Shown here: positions 47,355-56,726 of the stretch, piece after piece | How positions within the stretch are numbered: the stretch's first letter is position 1 | How the letters are laid out: every line of letters starts with the position of its first letter | Program-made: the position numbers and the translations under genes | Notes under the pieces: generated by a model | The model's database searches: none | Seen by the model: the letters and a program-made list of their open reading frames with translations, nothing else | Told to the model about the DNA's origin: nothing | Assembly: GCA_934254915.1 (NCBI GenBank) | Contig: CAKQMH010000005.1 | Span: 23,359 to 87,358, forward strand | Direction of reading: 5' to 3' | Origin: an uncultured Alphaproteobacteria bacterium | Lineage (GTDB): Bacteria > Pseudomonadota > Alphaproteobacteria > RF32 > CAG-239 | DNA: 64,000 nt

Positions 47355-48188
47355 TTAAGCTTTACGGGCTTTAGCAAACTTGGCCTTGCCGTTAAACTTG
47401 CCGGAACGAGCAAATTTGCCTTGAGAAGCCGACTTTGGTTTAGAAGCTGCAAAATCGCCTTTTTTATCTGCACCACGCTGCGGTTTGAAACGCGCATCTC
47501 GTGGTTTGGAACTTTTATCTTTGAACGGCGGGCGTTTAGGTTTGAGCTGTTTGAGTTTTTCAGCCATAATTTCTTCCGCACGCAAAAGCTCGACAAATTT
47601 TGATTTGCGAGGTTTGGTTTTGTTTTCTTTGGTCTTGTCAACCGAAAAACCGAAAGCACCCAAATCACGTCCCAAAGTATAATACCGGCCATGAACGAAA
47701 GCCAACAATCCGGCTTTTTCGAGTGCTAAACGACCGTCTTCTTCAAGGTATTTATCATCAATGTTAACCCCGACGATTTCCGCAACAAACATATCATGCG
47801 TACCGTACGAGGTGATTGACTTGACAACGCACTCTAAGGAAATCGGAGCTTTGGTCAGCATCGGAGCTTTAACTTTAGAGCAAGGTTCAATCGCCAAATT
47901 CATATCTTTGAATTTATCGGTATTTTTACCGGACTTGACACCGCAATAATCGCAGGCTTTGGCCAGTTCAAGGTTGGTAACATTAATTACAAATTCGCCA
48001 GCTTGCTTGATAATGTCATGAGAATAGCGACTTGGACGCACCGATATATAAGTCATCGGCGGTTCGGAATTGATAATTCCCGTCCAGGCCACAGTCAAAA
48101 CATTCGGTTTTTCCATTGTGCCGCAGGTTACCATTACCGGCGGCAGCGGTGATAACATTGTTCCCGGTTGCCACGAAATTTTAGTCAT
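47355..48188 (-). CDS. Flavin reductase-family (FMN-binding split-barrel) protein with about 85-aa Lys/Arg-rich C-terminal tail
   Basis: The N-domain LPPVMVTCGT...NVLTVAWTGIINSEPPMTYISVRPSRYSHDII is followed by the tail ...KPRKSKF...KPKRPPFKDKSSKPRDARFKPQRGADKKGDFAASKPKSASQGKFARSGKFNGKAKFAKARKA. Confidence 0.75.
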   Translation of the reverse strand: MTKISWQPGTMLSPLPPVMVTCGTMEKPNVLTVAWTGIINSEPPMTYISVRPSRYSHDIIKQAGEFVINVTNLELAKACDYCGVKSGKNTDKFKDMNLAIEPCSKVKAPMLTKAPISLECVVKSITSYGTHDMFVAEIVGVNIDDKYLEEDGRLALEKAGLLAFVHGRYYTLGRDLGAFGFSVDKTKENKTKPRKSKFVELLRAEEIMAEKLKQLKPKRPPFKDKSSKPRDARFKPQRGADKKGDFAASKPKSASQGKFARSGKFNGKAKFAKARKA

Positions 48189-48271
48189 AATTTTTCTCTT
48201 TCAGTTTGAAATAGCAAATCAATTTTTTGCCAAGCATAATCTAATTATTTTAATTAGCAAGCGAAATAAAA

Positions 48272-48883
48272 TCAGGATTGCCAATCGATGAGCGGATAAG
48301 CCGCGCTTTTGCCGTTGGGCAGATTATAATGCCACCATTCATGCGGCAAAGCCTCAAGCCCGACCTGTTCCATAAGTTCGCGCAAAAGTTTACGATTAGC
48401 AACGGCGGCGGCGGATAATCCCTGTTGCCAATTATGATTGGCTTTTTGCAGGTGTTCAAAAAACGGCACAAAGTTTCCGGCTTGCACCTGCTCAAAAAAT
48501 TGGGGCGTATAGCCGTCAACCTTAGTCGGAAACTCCAACTCGCGACCTGACATCTCGGTCAAAACGGCATCAACGGCCGTACCATGGCAATGCTGCGATA
48601 AGTCAGGAGTTTGAGCCAAAAAACCTTTTTGCGGTATCAACTCCAACATTTTTTGGTGGGCCAACGGCGGACGATAAGCATCACAAATTTTGAGCTTAAA
48701 ATTATGTTGCCGCAAAAGCGGAATCAGAGCTTGCAATTTTTGCCACATATCACGATGAAAAAAGGCGTGATTGCCAAAGCCGATCTCCAGATAAACAGCA
48801 CGTCCGAACATATTATCCGTGCGGGCATACATTAAATCAATAATAAACGGATCGCCTTTTAATTCAATTAAGTCAGAGTTCAT
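48272..48883 (-). CDS. D-Ala-D-Ala dipeptidase, VanX/DdpX-like (peptidase M15D)
   Basis: KICDAYRP..., SQHCHGTAVD, EWWHY. Confidence 0.75.
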   Translation of the reverse strand: MNSDLIELKGDPFIIDLMYARTDNMFGRAVYLEIGFGNHAFFHRDMWQKLQALIPLLRQHNFKLKICDAYRPPLAHQKMLELIPQKGFLAQTPDLSQHCHGTAVDAVLTEMSGRELEFPTKVDGYTPQFFEQVQAGNFVPFFEHLQKANHNWQQGLSAAAVANRKLLRELMEQVGLEALPHEWWHYNLPNGKSAAYPLIDWQS

Positions 48884-49754
48884 CGGCAGCGGCCTTTACA
48901 AAGGTTTTAAAAATTTGTCGTGAAGCTTCATCACCAAGTTTCAGCAAACGTTCGGGATGCCATTGGACGCCAAGCACAAACTTATGCCACGGAGCAAGCG
49001 GTTCAATAGCCTCAACCGTATCATCATCAGCCAGAGCCGCGATGCGGCATTGTCCAAGGTGCAAATTATCAATAGCTTCATTATGAGCAGTATTAACCAG
49101 CAGCTCAGATTTTTTGACTACTTGCGCCAATAAAGTATCAGGCAAAACCTTGACCTTGTGAGCAAGAACATATCCGCCCTGCTTGTGGCTTTGCGCAACA
49201 TCACAATCACGATTTATATCGCGGCGAAGTTTAGCGCCCAAGCTGCCGCCGATGATTTGTTCACCGGCGCAAATTCCCAATGTCGGCAAATGATTTTGGC
49301 GGGCATAATCCAACATTTGCAAATAAGCCTGCGCGCGCTTGTCTTTATCCTCAACCGGGGGCTCTAAATACCAATCACGCGGAGAATTGAAACAGCCGCC
49401 GATTAACAACACGCCGTCCGGTTTTGTGTTTGCCAATTGCTCAACAACCTTATCATAAGCAATAAAGACCGGAAAACCGCCGCTTGCAACTATTGCAGAG
49501 GCATAGTCAGGATGAAGCGAATAATCTTTTTCGTCCCGCGCGGGGTGTTTTTCCTGTGCCAAAATAACGGCAATGCGCGGACGAACATCTCTGATATCCG
49601 GCAAAGTAATATATGGCAGATGCCCGCGCGCAAAGACTGCGGCAACTTCCGCAGCCGGCAAATACCAACTGACAAAATCGTCTTGCGGATAAGTTATGGT
49701 TCGAAGCTTGATATCCTCAAACGAATCAGCGATAGAGCTTGGGTAAGATGTCAT
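48873..49754 (-). CDS. Class I glutamine amidotransferase-like / peptidase C26 (gamma-glutamyl hydrolase type)
   Basis: GICAGEQII (nucleophile elbow) and GVQWHPE. It overlaps both neighbouring genes. Confidence 0.7.
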   Translation of the reverse strand: MTSYPSSIADSFEDIKLRTITYPQDDFVSWYLPAAEVAAVFARGHLPYITLPDIRDVRPRIAVILAQEKHPARDEKDYSLHPDYASAIVASGGFPVFIAYDKVVEQLANTKPDGVLLIGGCFNSPRDWYLEPPVEDKDKRAQAYLQMLDYARQNHLPTLGICAGEQIIGGSLGAKLRRDINRDCDVAQSHKQGGYVLAHKVKVLPDTLLAQVVKKSELLVNTAHNEAIDNLHLGQCRIAALADDDTVEAIEPLAPWHKFVLGVQWHPERLLKLGDEASRQIFKTFVKAAADEL

Positions 49755-51456
49755 CTTTAGTTCCTTTGTTTACTTTTTGTTTGTCGGCTTTGGTAAAGAC
49801 CTTGATAAATGAGGCCGCATTCCAATCCGGCGTGCCTTGAGCATAAAGCGCCTCGCTCAACTTTTCAAGTTCGCAACCAAACTCCGAAATCTTATTAACG
49901 TTCGCAATTTGCTGCAGGCTGGTAAATTCCTGCCCATAGCGTTTGGCTGCCCAACCAAGCAAACCGTCACGAACGGCTTTAAGATTGCGAGCTTTGGCCT
50001 GCGTTACGACATAGCGGTAATAATTATGAATAACCGGAGTATCATCATGATAATGGCGACGGCGGAACAGTAACATTAACAAAGCACAAACACCGATACC
50101 TAAAGCAAAGGCGCTCAACAATAATCCGATTACGGCCGTATTGCTGAATGGGGCAGCGGCGGCCGCATTTTCCGGAACTTGTTGCGGCAATGCAGCTGGT
50201 TGGGCAGACGATGGCGAAACCGCAACAGGAGTTGAACTTTCACCCGGCAACACTTTTATCTTCATGGCCGGAAGTGAAGCTTTTTGCATTTGTCCGGTTT
50301 TAATATCGAACCAATTGACTTCTATCGGCGCGAGTTCAAATTCGCCCTCTGCGGTCGGAATATAGACATTAGTTATTTTTTCCAGAGATATGACCTTACC
50401 CTGCTCAACTTTCATTTGGGTTTCAGGTTTTTCGGGATATTGCTTGACGCCTTTGGTCTCAGCAAACCGGATTTCCGGCAGTTGCGAATCTATCACCCCG
50501 ACGGCTTTAAGATAAATAGTGCGGCTGACGGCTTCCCCGACCTTAAACTGCGGACGTGCCGGACTAAACTCGCCATAAAGGGAAACATCGGACGACGGCA
50601 GCCACCATTGCCCTTTATATTCCTGCGGACTGGGTTTAACCTCAACGGTTAGCGGTTCGGTGGTTAAAACTACGGGATTGCGCGAGGCAAAAACATCGGC
50701 CATACCAAAACCGGCAATAAACATATCATCACTGAACATTTGGCTGAACGGGTCATTGCGGCGCTCGCGGGTCAGATAAAAACCGTTAAATTTGACGGCG
50801 GGAATCTCCAATTTACCGCTCTTTTGCGGAAACAAGGCATAATTAAAAGTTATTTCACGCAGATTACGCCCATCGACGACTTTATTGCTGATTTGCGGTT
50901 CACCCAGATTTTTAATAATCCATTCATCTTCATTACTGACCAAAAATGACGGGGCATCGCCCTGCAACCCGCCGGTATCATAAATTGTAACGGTGTAATT
51001 TACTTGCTGTTGGACATAGGGATTGCGGGTGTCAACCTGCGCATTAATCTTAAAGCGAGGCTGATTTTGCTGATTGGCCGGGCTGATAGTGTCGCCGGCT
51101 TTTACCACCTTTATCGTCAAGGCATCAGTCTGCCATTTATCCAGTTTGATGGACGGGATTACCACATCGCCGGTGCGTTTGGGAATCAACACCAAATTCC
51201 ATTGGCGCGAGCGGCTGCTGACACCATTGACAATATTGGTACGATAAGCATTAGACACCGAATAAAGCGTGAAGTCTTTATCCAGAACACTGAAATCAGG
51301 CGTCGCATTAGTGGAAGCATCTTGCAGCTCCAAGCTCAACATCAGAGTTTCGCCTTCCGGCAACTCCGTACGATTTACCGTAGCTGTGAACGGCTGAGCA
51401 TAAACTTCCGTACAAAAGAAAAACAACGTAACTAAACTAAAAAATAACTTTTTCAT
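49726..51456 (-). CDS. batD: BatD-like oxygen-tolerance protein
   Basis: Signal peptide, a large beta-rich ectodomain, one C-terminal TM helix (IGLLLSAFALGIGVCALLMLLF) and a cytoplasmic tail. It follows batA-batB/C. Confidence 0.6.
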   Translation of the reverse strand: MKKLFFSLVTLFFFCTEVYAQPFTATVNRTELPEGETLMLSLELQDASTNATPDFSVLDKDFTLYSVSNAYRTNIVNGVSSRSRQWNLVLIPKRTGDVVIPSIKLDKWQTDALTIKVVKAGDTISPANQQNQPRFKINAQVDTRNPYVQQQVNYTVTIYDTGGLQGDAPSFLVSNEDEWIIKNLGEPQISNKVVDGRNLREITFNYALFPQKSGKLEIPAVKFNGFYLTRERRNDPFSQMFSDDMFIAGFGMADVFASRNPVVLTTEPLTVEVKPSPQEYKGQWWLPSSDVSLYGEFSPARPQFKVGEAVSRTIYLKAVGVIDSQLPEIRFAETKGVKQYPEKPETQMKVEQGKVISLEKITNVYIPTAEGEFELAPIEVNWFDIKTGQMQKASLPAMKIKVLPGESSTPVAVSPSSAQPAALPQQVPENAAAAAPFSNTAVIGLLLSAFALGIGVCALLMLLFRRRHYHDDTPVIHNYYRYVVTQAKARNLKAVRDGLLGWAAKRYGQEFTSLQQIANVNKISEFGCELEKLSEALYAQGTPDWNAASFIKVFTKADKQKVNKGTKDDILPKLYR

Positions 51457-51478
51457 TTTTACCCTTTCTCAGATACAT

Positions 51479-53221
51479 TTAGTCCTGATAACGCTTGCTT
51501 TTATATTCTTTATAAATAAAGGCGCGGAGCAAACCGCCGACATCTTCAGGTATCTCCCGATATTGTTGGGCGCGTGCCTGCGCTTCTTCATCATATTCAG
51601 ATTCATCATCGAATGATTCAGGCGCAGCCGAAGCCGTTTGATTATCAGAATCTTGTGCTTCTGCAGCTTGAGTCTGTTGCGGCGACTGGCCGTTGTAGTC
51701 TTGTGCCTTAGTCGGTTGCGGTTCACTGCGGTCAGCCTGCGGCGTTTGATTTTGCCCATCCGGCTCATCTTGTCCGTTTGCCGCTTGTTCGGACTGATTT
51801 TCATTATCGCCGGAATTGTCCTGACCGTTATTTTGCGGTTTATCCTGCCCCGATGATTGATTATCTTGCGGCTGCGATGAATTTTCGTCCTGCCCTTGGT
51901 CAGAAGTTTCAGAATTATTGTCCGAACTTGATGATTGCTGATTTTGCTGCTGTTGCTGCTTTAGGTATTCGAGATTGAATTTGGCATCCTCATGATCAGG
52001 ATTTTGTTGCAAAACCTCTTCATATTTTTTGATAGCATCAGCAATTTTACCACCTTTGGCCAAAGCATTACCCTGATTGTAGAGTGACTCCACATCCTGC
52101 TCCAAGGCATATTTTTGATAAGCTTTGTCATAGTCGCCCATACGATAAGCTGCGGCGGCCTGCCAGACGGGAGAAGAAAACTTTTCAGCCGCCCGCTGGA
52201 AGTCCTGCTGTTGAAAAGCATTAAAGCCTTCCTGATCGGCGTTATGGAAAAATCCCGCCCTTGACGGTTGAGCCGTTAACAGCAAAAAGGCCACGACAAC
52301 AATCCCGCGGCGGAAAAAGTACAAACAGCACAATAACGGCAAAATCAACAGATAATAACCATAATCAAGCCAAACCGACTGCCAATTTTGGCCGGCAGAC
52401 AAAGTTGAAGAATGTCCGATAATGCGGGAAGCCAAATTTTGCAATTCCGTATCGCCAAACTGTAAATTCCAATATTCACCGCCGCCGGCTTGCGCAATCA
52501 TTTGCAATTTTTCATTCGCCTGAGCATTAACCGCGGCAATGCTAACCTTAAAATGTTGCTGCCGGGCCTTAGTCGCCACTTTTAAGGCTTCATCAAACTT
52601 TTGACCGGCGTCTGGGGCAAAAACGACAATCTCGCCTTGTTTAAAACCGGCGGCCTGCAACTTGGCAACCGCCAGATCAATTGCCCGATCCAAGCGGTCG
52701 CCGTTAAGCGGCATAATATCAAAATTAACTGCCGGCAGAAGGTTAGCGATAATTTCCGTGTCTTCGGTCAGCGGCGAAATCAAAAACGGCTCTTGTGTAT
52801 AGACAATCAATCCGGCCTGCACGCCTTTTAACAAAGACAAAAAGTCTTTAATCTTAAATTTGGCGCGCTCTAAACGAGTGGGCGACAAATCGGTTTTAGA
52901 CATTTCTGAAGAAAGATTAAGCACAATCATAACCGGATTTTCAGGAGCAAGCGCAGGAATTTCAACTTTGTTCCAACTAGGGCCGGCGGCCGCAATTATG
53001 GCGCTGATAACCCCGACCAATGCCAACCAGCTCAAAATTTTGCGCTGTGCAGATGAGCCTTTGACCAACAAAAACGGCAACAATTTTTTATCACAAACAT
53101 TTTCCCATGAGGATTGGTTACGTCGGCCGGCAATATAACGCCGATAAAAGAACAGCGGTATTAGCAACAGTAACAGCCACCACGGACGCAAAAAATGAAA
53201 ATTAACCCACCAACTGCTCAT
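51479..53221 (-). CDS. batB: BatB/BatC-like fusion: N-terminal TM + VWA domain + TM + TPR + long Q/N/D/S-rich tail
   Basis: VWA-like core with a degenerate MIDAS (VLNLSSEMS). TPR segment YRMGDYDKAYQKY...YNQGNALAKGGKIADAIKKYEEVL. The start overlaps the batA stop (TGATG). Confidence 0.65.
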   Translation of the reverse strand: MSSWWVNFHFLRPWWLLLLLIPLFFYRRYIAGRRNQSSWENVCDKKLLPFLLVKGSSAQRKILSWLALVGVISAIIAAAGPSWNKVEIPALAPENPVMIVLNLSSEMSKTDLSPTRLERAKFKIKDFLSLLKGVQAGLIVYTQEPFLISPLTEDTEIIANLLPAVNFDIMPLNGDRLDRAIDLAVAKLQAAGFKQGEIVVFAPDAGQKFDEALKVATKARQQHFKVSIAAVNAQANEKLQMIAQAGGGEYWNLQFGDTELQNLASRIIGHSSTLSAGQNWQSVWLDYGYYLLILPLLCCLYFFRRGIVVVAFLLLTAQPSRAGFFHNADQEGFNAFQQQDFQRAAEKFSSPVWQAAAAYRMGDYDKAYQKYALEQDVESLYNQGNALAKGGKIADAIKKYEEVLQQNPDHEDAKFNLEYLKQQQQQNQQSSSSDNNSETSDQGQDENSSQPQDNQSSGQDKPQNNGQDNSGDNENQSEQAANGQDEPDGQNQTPQADRSEPQPTKAQDYNGQSPQQTQAAEAQDSDNQTASAAPESFDDESEYDEEAQARAQQYREIPEDVGGLLRAFIYKEYKSKRYQD

Positions 53222-54228
53222 CAGTTAATCCTCCTTAAGGCCATAAACATGGCGCAGGCAGTTAAAATAGCCGCCAATAACGGAATATAATAAAGCTCTT
53301 TGGTTTCCCGAACATAGCGTTCATCACGGCTGTCAGTTTCCAACTTATCAATCGTGTTATAGATTTGCAACAGCGAACCGGTATCTTCGGCTTGAAAATA
53401 GCGACCTTTGGTTTCATCCGCAATTTTTTGCAGACTTTCTTCATCTAGTCCGGACTGCCCGCCCAATGGCAGCCCCATAAATGAACCGAAAAAGCCACGT
53501 TCAGAACCGACGCCGATAGTATAAATTTTGATTTTTTCCGCGGCCGCGAGTTTAATAGCCTGCGGCATACTTAAACTGCCGTCGTTGTTCTCGCCGTCAG
53601 TCAGCAAAATAATAACTTTACTGTCCTTGGACGGCAGGTCTTTCAAAGTTTTGAGCGCCAGCCCCAAAGCATCGCCGATAGCCGTCGAATCACCGGCCAT
53701 ACCGGCATCCATTGCCCATAGAATTTCCAAGACTGATTTTTGGTCATAAGTCAACGGAGCTTGCAGATAAGAGCGAGTACCGAACAGAATCAGGCCGATA
53801 CGGTCTTCCGCCCGTTTTTTGATAAAGTCTCCGGCAACCAACTTAACCGCAGTCAGACGGTCAATCTGCCGCCCTTTAAATTTGAAATCAGGTATCTGCA
53901 TCGAATTGGAAATATCCATAACCAACAAAATATCGCGACTTTCGTTTTGCAGACGTATCGGCTCACCCAACATTTGCGGGCGGGCAGCGGCAAAAACCAA
54001 CAAACTCCACACCACATATAACAGCCAGAAAAAGCGGGAATAACCGCCGTTATCCGCGCTGCCCATTCGCCACAGGCTTCCGGATTTTAGGGAAATACGT
54101 TCCAAGTCGGCAATAAAAGGAATCCGCAAAGCATCACCGTGCAGGCCTTTGACCGGCGGCAAAATATAGCGGAAAACAAACGGCAACAGCAATAAAAGCA
54201 AAGCATAGGGATAAGCAAAAGTTGTCAT
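53221..54228 (-). CDS. batA: BatA-like VWA-domain membrane protein
   Basis: MIDAS DISNSM ... LLTDGENNDG. N- and C-terminal TM helices. The ATGA start overlaps the DUF4381 gene. Confidence 0.75.
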   Translation of the reverse strand: MTTFAYPYALLLLLLPFVFRYILPPVKGLHGDALRIPFIADLERISLKSGSLWRMGSADNGGYSRFFWLLYVVWSLLVFAAARPQMLGEPIRLQNESRDILLVMDISNSMQIPDFKFKGRQIDRLTAVKLVAGDFIKKRAEDRIGLILFGTRSYLQAPLTYDQKSVLEILWAMDAGMAGDSTAIGDALGLALKTLKDLPSKDSKVIILLTDGENNDGSLSMPQAIKLAAAEKIKIYTIGVGSERGFFGSFMGLPLGGQSGLDEESLQKIADETKGRYFQAEDTGSLLQIYNTIDKLETDSRDERYVRETKELYYIPLLAAILTACAMFMALRRIN

Positions 54229-54677
54229 AAATTTTCTCCTATCCAGGCCTGACAAAATTGGCGCAGATTGACAACATCAGCGGCAGTGTAACCTTTGGTA
54301 TCAGGTTGCATATAAGGAGCATTAAGCAATAAATCGGCCGGTTTCCCCTGCAATTTTTGATGACAATGCCGGTTCAAAAAATCCAACCATTCGGCTCCGT
54401 TTAATACTACCGCTTCTTTATATTTATAAACACAGATACGACGCAGAATCGCCGACATTTCGACTACGGAAGCAATGCTGTTGTGGCAATGGATGTCTTT
54501 TAATAAATGCAAAGCATATAATTTTTTAGACTTGCGGCGCAAAAATTTAATTACCTCCACGGCCAACACCAAAGCTATCAACGCCCCCAAAATCACCCAC
54601 CAACCATAGGCCGGCGGGAAAGCTGAAACGCCGTCCGGCAGGTGAATATCGCGCAACTCAGGTAAATTGTCGTTCAT
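54225..54677 (-). CDS. DUF4381-domain protein
   Basis: LRDIHLPDGVSAFPPAYGWWVILGALIAL is the typical DUF4381 N-terminus. It has the usual position upstream of batA. Confidence 0.7.
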   Translation of the reverse strand: MNDNLPELRDIHLPDGVSAFPPAYGWWVILGALIALVLAVEVIKFLRRKSKKLYALHLLKDIHCHNSIASVVEMSAILRRICVYKYKEAVVLNGAEWLDFLNRHCHQKLQGKPADLLLNAPYMQPDTKGYTAADVVNLRQFCQAWIGENL

Positions 54678-54780
54678 CTTGTTTTCCCTATAACACTTCT
54701 TCCTTATAAATTTAGGTTATAGCACACCAAATATCAAGACTTGATTAATTTATGAAAAGATAAAATAAGTTATAGAAACA

Positions 54781-54835
54781 GCAATGCCGCGACTAATGCG
54801 CGGCACGACAATGATGAAGGTCAGAATGCTGATTT
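54781..54835. repeat. Third locus (fragment) of the mosaic palindromic repeat
   Basis: Hairpin TGCCGCG-ACTAATG-CGCGGCA (54785-54805), followed by GACAATGATGAAGGTCAGAATG. Confidence 0.65.
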
Positions 54836-54838
54836 GTA

Positions 54839-55594
54839 TTAGAAATTGTAGCGGACGCCAAGCGAAAATTCGCTGATGTCATCATAGAATGTGCCGCCAA
54901 TCGTGGTATAACGATACATCGCACGAAAAGCCAAGCGCTGGCTCAACCAAATCTGCGCACCGCCGCCGTACCGAAAAGCAACTTTGTTTTCATCCAGCTT
55001 GGTAGTATTGGAGCTGTACGGATTAGCTGTCGAGAGGTCATAGCCTTTGAACTTGAGTTCGCCAGTAATATCATAATTAGCGACACCGGCGGTTGCCAAA
55101 AGTTCAAACCATGAACTCAGCGGAATATAGCCGATAGCGTCAATACCATAAGCCTGTGATTTGAGGTCATACTCCACTTGGGCAAACTTAGGATAACCGG
55201 CATAACTTTCGCGGTAGACAACATCACTGTTCTCTAAAGACTTTTGATAAAAAGCTTCAAAGCCCAAATACCGCCACGGACGCCAACCAATATTGCCGCT
55301 CAAAGAGCTGTGTTTGTTGTCCAAATCATCAACCTTGCCGGTATAATCAGCTCCGCCGGTCAACGGACTGTGCAAAGTAACAGATTTGTCGGTCATACCG
55401 AACGACGAACCGACATAGTCCAAGCCGATGCTGAAATGTTTAACTTCCGCACTTTTTCTTTGGGCCGATTGCTGATTGTAAGAACTGTAATTACCGGAAA
55501 CATTGGACGGATAATACGGATTATATGATTGGGCCTGAGCGGCGCCGTAAGCACCAAAGCTTAACAATCCGGCAAATAATAAAATTTTTTTCAT
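54839..55594 (-). CDS. Outer-membrane beta-barrel protein (OmpA-like/Omp25-type porin family), paralogue 1
   Basis: Signal peptide ...GAYGAAQA, alternating beta pattern and C-terminal ...LGVRYNF. Confidence 0.75.
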   Translation of the reverse strand: MKKILLFAGLLSFGAYGAAQAQSYNPYYPSNVSGNYSSYNQQSAQRKSAEVKHFSIGLDYVGSSFGMTDKSVTLHSPLTGGADYTGKVDDLDNKHSSLSGNIGWRPWRYLGFEAFYQKSLENSDVVYRESYAGYPKFAQVEYDLKSQAYGIDAIGYIPLSSWFELLATAGVANYDITGELKFKGYDLSTANPYSSNTTKLDENKVAFRYGGGAQIWLSQRLAFRAMYRYTTIGGTFYDDISEFSLGVRYNF

Positions 55595-55615
55595 CTGTTG
55601 CAACCTTACTGAAAA

Positions 55616-56506
55616 TTAGAACAAAAATCTGACGCCGACAGAAATTTCTTTCATGTCATCAATAATATCTCCGCCCAACGAAACATAACGATACATCGCG
55701 CGCAAAGCCACACCGTCAGCTATGTTAAGCTGCCCGCCGGCAGCAACGCGCCAACCAAGTTTGTTTTCGTTAAAACTGCGGTGGATTGAGGTATCGGTAA
55801 CACTGCCACCGACAAAATGAATCGCGAAAGTGGCGGAATTTTCAAACTTATATTCAGCCAACCCGACCGAAGCCAAAAAGTCAAAATACGGCGAAACCGG
55901 CAAATAACCGATAACATCAAGGCCATAGGCATGATATTTGGTCAGATACTCATTCATCATATAATATCCGGACGCGCCGGCTGAACCAAGCGCATGATTG
56001 TCGATTTGCGAACCGGTATTGTCCTTATAGGAGGTTTCATAAAAAACTTCAGCGCCCCAATATTTGGAAACACGCGCACCCAAAATAAAGGACAGATTAT
56101 CCTGATCATCAACAATACTGTCGGTATTGGTTGTGACCGGGCCGCCGGCAAAATGGATATCATCAAAGCTTAAATCGGTCGATGCAGAACTTTGTTTAGC
56201 CATATTATAGTCGAGTCCGACATAGTATTTGAAGTAGTTCAGTTTGCGCAACTGGTGTTTGGCACTGCGCTTGATATTGCGCATATCCTCGTCAAAACCT
56301 TTTTTATAGCCGGAATAAAGACCATTACACGGACACATCACCGTTTTGCCCATGACTACCGAACCATTAGCATCAAACGGCTCTTCCGGGTTGCAGGGAC
56401 ACCATTCGACATTGTACAAATCGCCATAAGCCGGAGTATCGGCGGCAACCGCCATACCGGAAACCAGCAATGCCGCGGCTCCCAACAAATATGCAAACTT
56501 TTTCAT
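55616..56506 (-). CDS. Outer-membrane beta-barrel protein, paralogue 2, with N-terminal CPCN..CPCN insert
   Basis: True start MKKFAYLLGAAALLVSGMAVAA (RBS AGAGGA). The C-terminus ...ALRAMYRYVSLGG...VGVRFLF parallels paralogue 1. Confidence 0.75.
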   Translation of the reverse strand: MKKFAYLLGAAALLVSGMAVAADTPAYGDLYNVEWCPCNPEEPFDANGSVVMGKTVMCPCNGLYSGYKKGFDEDMRNIKRSAKHQLRKLNYFKYYVGLDYNMAKQSSASTDLSFDDIHFAGGPVTTNTDSIVDDQDNLSFILGARVSKYWGAEVFYETSYKDNTGSQIDNHALGSAGASGYYMMNEYLTKYHAYGLDVIGYLPVSPYFDFLASVGLAEYKFENSATFAIHFVGGSVTDTSIHRSFNENKLGWRVAAGGQLNIADGVALRAMYRYVSLGGDIIDDMKEISVGVRFLF

Positions 56507-56525
56507 CAAACAATCCTCTAAAATA

Positions 56526-56543
56526 TTATTGTTTAAACAATAA
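56526..56543. promoter_or_regulatory. Perfect 18-bp palindrome TTATTGTTTAAACAATAA just upstream of the OMP paralogue 2 RBS
   Basis: Read directly. It lies in the divergent promoter region between omp2 and the 886-aa gene. Confidence 0.3.
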
Positions 56544-56726
56544 AGGAGCTGACAAAATTGTGCAATTATCGCAAAAGTATTATGCACACTTTTTTTAGCA
56601 AGAATAAGCAATTGTAACAAAAATATTAAGTTTACGATAATTTGACAAAAATTAGCCAACATTGATTGATTATTAACCTTTTGTATGCTATGATACGCTA
56701 TATAGTGGCAAAAAGGAAACAGCACT

